A stretch of 63,161 bases of DNA, counting the filler. It is 4 parts of 4 records of this genome, joined end to end, with 100 filler letters (N's around TTAATTAATTAA, not from the genome) between each part and the next. Parts side by side here need not be neighbours in the genome. Positions count along the whole stretch, not along the records: positions 51,569 to 63,161 come from SRR22947727_862; 3 more parts are not named here. One strand, written 5' to 3'. The translations under genes and the position numbers were made by a program. The notes under the pieces are model-generated. The model worked only from the letters and a program-made list of their open reading frames with translations. It was not told the DNA's origin and did not search any database. Positions 60,811-63,161 of the stretch are shown piece by piece. Each line of letters opens with the position of its first letter. Within the stretch, counting starts at the first letter, position 1.

Positions 60811-63126
60811 ATGAAGAAATTTTTGATACTCATTGCCGCGTCGGGATTCGCTTTTGGCGAAGATAAAAAAGGGGGGGAGGAGGAAAATAAAGATCCAGCC
60901 GAAGGGCATTCCATTCACGGCGAAGTTTTCAACAAAGGGCCGCGTCAGGCTGCCGTCCTGATTCCGGGGACGGGCGACGTTCAATTCAAGATCACAACGA
61001 AATCGGCTGAGGCCCAGAAATTCTTCGATCAAGGCATCGGTCAGCTTCATGGCTATTGGGATTTCGAAGCGGAGCGAAGCTTCCGTCAGGCGTCGATGCT
61101 CGATCCCAAGTGCGCGATGAACTATTGGGGCATGGCGCAGGCGAATTTCAAAAATAATGAGCGGGGCAAAGGGTTTTCCGACGAGGCGGTTAAGCGAAAG
61201 GAAGGCGCGAGCGAGCGCGAGAAAATGTGGATTGATGGTCTGGCTGGGTATTTCAAAGACATCAAAGCCGATAAGAAAAAACGGCTTCGCGATTACATTC
61301 GGACCGTAGAAAAAATTGCCGCGAAATATCCCGATGATATCGAAGCGCGCGCTTTTTTACTAAAACAGATTTATTACAATCATCGGAACGGACATCCCAT
61401 TCCGAGCCATTTCACGATCGATTTGTTGGCGAAACAGATTTTGGAAAAAAATCCTGATCACCCTGTTCATCACTACCGAATTCATTTGTGGGACCGCGAG
61501 CTGACCGAAAATGCGCTCGATTCTGCAGCCGCGGGCGGACCTGCCGCTCCGGGAATTGCTCACATGTGGCACATGCCGGGTCATATTTATTCATATGCCA
61601 AGCGCTATACGGACGGCGCATGGCAACAGGAGGCGTCGGCTCGGGTTGATCACGCTCACATGATTCGCTATCGGCTGATTCCAGATGAAATCAGCAATTT
61701 TGCTCACAACAACGAGTGGTGTATCCGCAATCTGAATCATATCGGCCGGTTTAAAGACGCGATCGATTTGTCGAAAAATATGATCGAGCTGCCACGGATC
61801 GCAAAGATGAAAGGTGAGGGCGACAAGGCAAAATATGATCCTAGCGGAAGCAGTTGGCAATACGGTCGCCAACGGCTGCGCGACACGCTGTTTCGTTTTG
61901 AGTCGTGGGACACTTTGATTGCAATTTCTGAAACGAACTACCTTCGTCCAGATGACAAATCGTTGACCCAAAACGATCACGACAAATTTATTGGCATCGC
62001 AAAATTTGAGAACGGCAATCATGCAGGCGGCTTGAAACATCTCGCGGCGATTGAAAAGCGTCTTCGCGAAGAAGAGAAAAAACGCGACGCCGGCGTTGCC
62101 AAAGCGGAGAAAAAAGCCAAGGACGACAAGAAAGAGGAAAAACAAATCGAGTCCGCAAAAAAAGCGGCTGAAAAGACATTCGCGAAAAAAATTGCTGAAT
62201 TGGAAACACGCTTCAATGAGATGACGGTCTATGCGTCGTTGACTTCCAAACCGCAGGATTTGAAGAAAGCTGAAGAACTGTTGCCTAAGCTGAAGAATCT
62301 CGCGAAAGCTCGTCACGCCCGTTTGTGGATGCGTGCTGGAAAGATGGACGAAGCTATCAAGTTGGCGGGCGAAGCCGTCAGCGGGGGTAAAAATGAACTT
62401 CAGCCACTCGCTGCGCAGGTGGAGATTTTTTACAAAGCCGAAAAGAAAGACGAAGCCAAAAAGGCGTTTGAGTTGCTTCGTGATGTTGCAGCTAATGCGG
62501 ATGCCGGACTTCCGATGCTGACTCGATTGAACCCAATTGCAGAATCACTCGGCTTCCCCAAAACCGATTGGCAAAACAAATTTGTTGTCGCCAAAGATTT
62601 GGGTGAGCGCCCGCCGCTCGACGAGTTGGGGCCATTTCGCTGGAGTCCACCCGAGGCACCTCAGTTCTCGATCACCAGTATGGAAGGCAAGCCAGTGACA
62701 AGCGCGGATCGCGCCGGAAAGACCACGCTGATGATCTTTTTCCTCGGAAAAGGCTGCACTCATTGCATGGAGCAGCTCAATAAATTTGCCCCGATGCAGA
62801 AGAAATTTGCCGATGTGGGGATCGACATCGTGGCCGTGAGCACCGACTCCGCCAGCGGCTTGAAAGAGACGCTTCAAACCAGCGACAAGCCATTTCCATT
62901 CCCACTGTTTTCCGATAAAAAGTTGACTGCGTTTAAAGATTTTCGAGCTTATGACGACTTCGAGAAGATGGCGCTTCACGGCACGTTTTTGATCGATGGC
63001 GACGGTCAGATCCGTTGGCAAAACATCAGCTTCGAACCGTTCATGCATTCTGATTGGTTGCTTGAAGAGTGCCAGCGCCTGCTCAGTTTTGGAAAATCGG
63101 GAACTGTGCTGTCTGCGAATCAATAG
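60811..63126 (+). CDS. Secreted His-rich TPR-like protein fused to a C-terminal AhpC/TSA redoxin domain
   Basis: Signal peptide; QKFFDQG...EAERSFRQA; HPVHHYRIH, HMWHMPGHIY; C-terminal APQF...GCTHC...AVSTD...HGTFLID. Confidence 0.8.
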   Translation: MKKFLILIAASGFAFGEDKKGGEEENKDPAEGHSIHGEVFNKGPRQAAVLIPGTGDVQFKITTKSAEAQKFFDQGIGQLHGYWDFEAERSFRQASMLDPKCAMNYWGMAQANFKNNERGKGFSDEAVKRKEGASEREKMWIDGLAGYFKDIKADKKKRLRDYIRTVEKIAAKYPDDIEARAFLLKQIYYNHRNGHPIPSHFTIDLLAKQILEKNPDHPVHHYRIHLWDRELTENALDSAAAGGPAAPGIAHMWHMPGHIYSYAKRYTDGAWQQEASARVDHAHMIRYRLIPDEISNFAHNNEWCIRNLNHIGRFKDAIDLSKNMIELPRIAKMKGEGDKAKYDPSGSSWQYGRQRLRDTLFRFESWDTLIAISETNYLRPDDKSLTQNDHDKFIGIAKFENGNHAGGLKHLAAIEKRLREEEKKRDAGVAKAEKKAKDDKKEEKQIESAKKAAEKTFAKKIAELETRFNEMTVYASLTSKPQDLKKAEELLPKLKNLAKARHARLWMRAGKMDEAIKLAGEAVSGGKNELQPLAAQVEIFYKAEKKDEAKKAFELLRDVAANADAGLPMLTRLNPIAESLGFPKTDWQNKFVVAKDLGERPPLDELGPFRWSPPEAPQFSITSMEGKPVTSADRAGKTTLMIFFLGKGCTHCMEQLNKFAPMQKKFADVGIDIVAVSTDSASGLKETLQTSDKPFPFPLFSDKKLTAFKDFRAYDDFEKMALHGTFLIDGDGQIRWQNISFEPFMHSDWLLEECQRLLSFGKSGTVLSANQ

Positions 63127-63161
63127 GGTACGTTCACCCGTATATTCAAACAGCAAATGCA

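Overview
The window is not one genome. It is four unrelated marine bacterial contigs joined by artificial 100-nt linkers (44 N + TTAATTAATTAA + 44 N). (1) 1-21651: very AT-rich, streamlined gammaproteobacterium, probably SAR86-like, with acyl-CoA dehydrogenase, SDR, a green-type DTE proteorhodopsin, coaD, mutM, tolC, parE-parC, argD, PPi-type pfk, mpl and the rsfS-rlmH-mrdA-rodA-mltB-dacA-dat cell-wall operon. (2) 21752-33404: marine Synechococcus, with a tRNA-His 3' end, DUF1611 plus an enolase-family epimerase, miaB-ddl-ftsQ-ftsZ, SRP RNA, panB, hemW, PIN/TRAM and clpR-clpP. (3) 33505-51468: Roseobacter-group alphaproteobacterium, with purA, thiN, two DMTs, sdaA, rpiA-gor, hflKC-degP, a stand-alone DnaE2 OB-fold gene under a perfect LexA box, fdx, purD, xseA, an orphan NuoEF/FDH-beta subunit and ftsY. 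(4) 51569-63161: probable Verrucomicrobia, with GH88/105, fmt, a Tat-exported Gfo/Idh/MocA protein, a secreted prenyltransferase/squalene-cyclase-repeat protein plus YdjY, M32 carboxypeptidase, mlaEF and a His-rich TPR-redoxin fusion. Most content is housekeeping, and no CRISPR, prophage or IS element is visible. The best candidates for under-described biology are the putatively SOS-regulated, leaderless DnaE2-OB mini-gene, the YdjY/cyclase-repeat pair, the His-rich TPR-redoxin fusion and the DgcA/DgcN-like pair in Synechococcus. Taxonomic calls are inferred from composition and gene content and were not searched.
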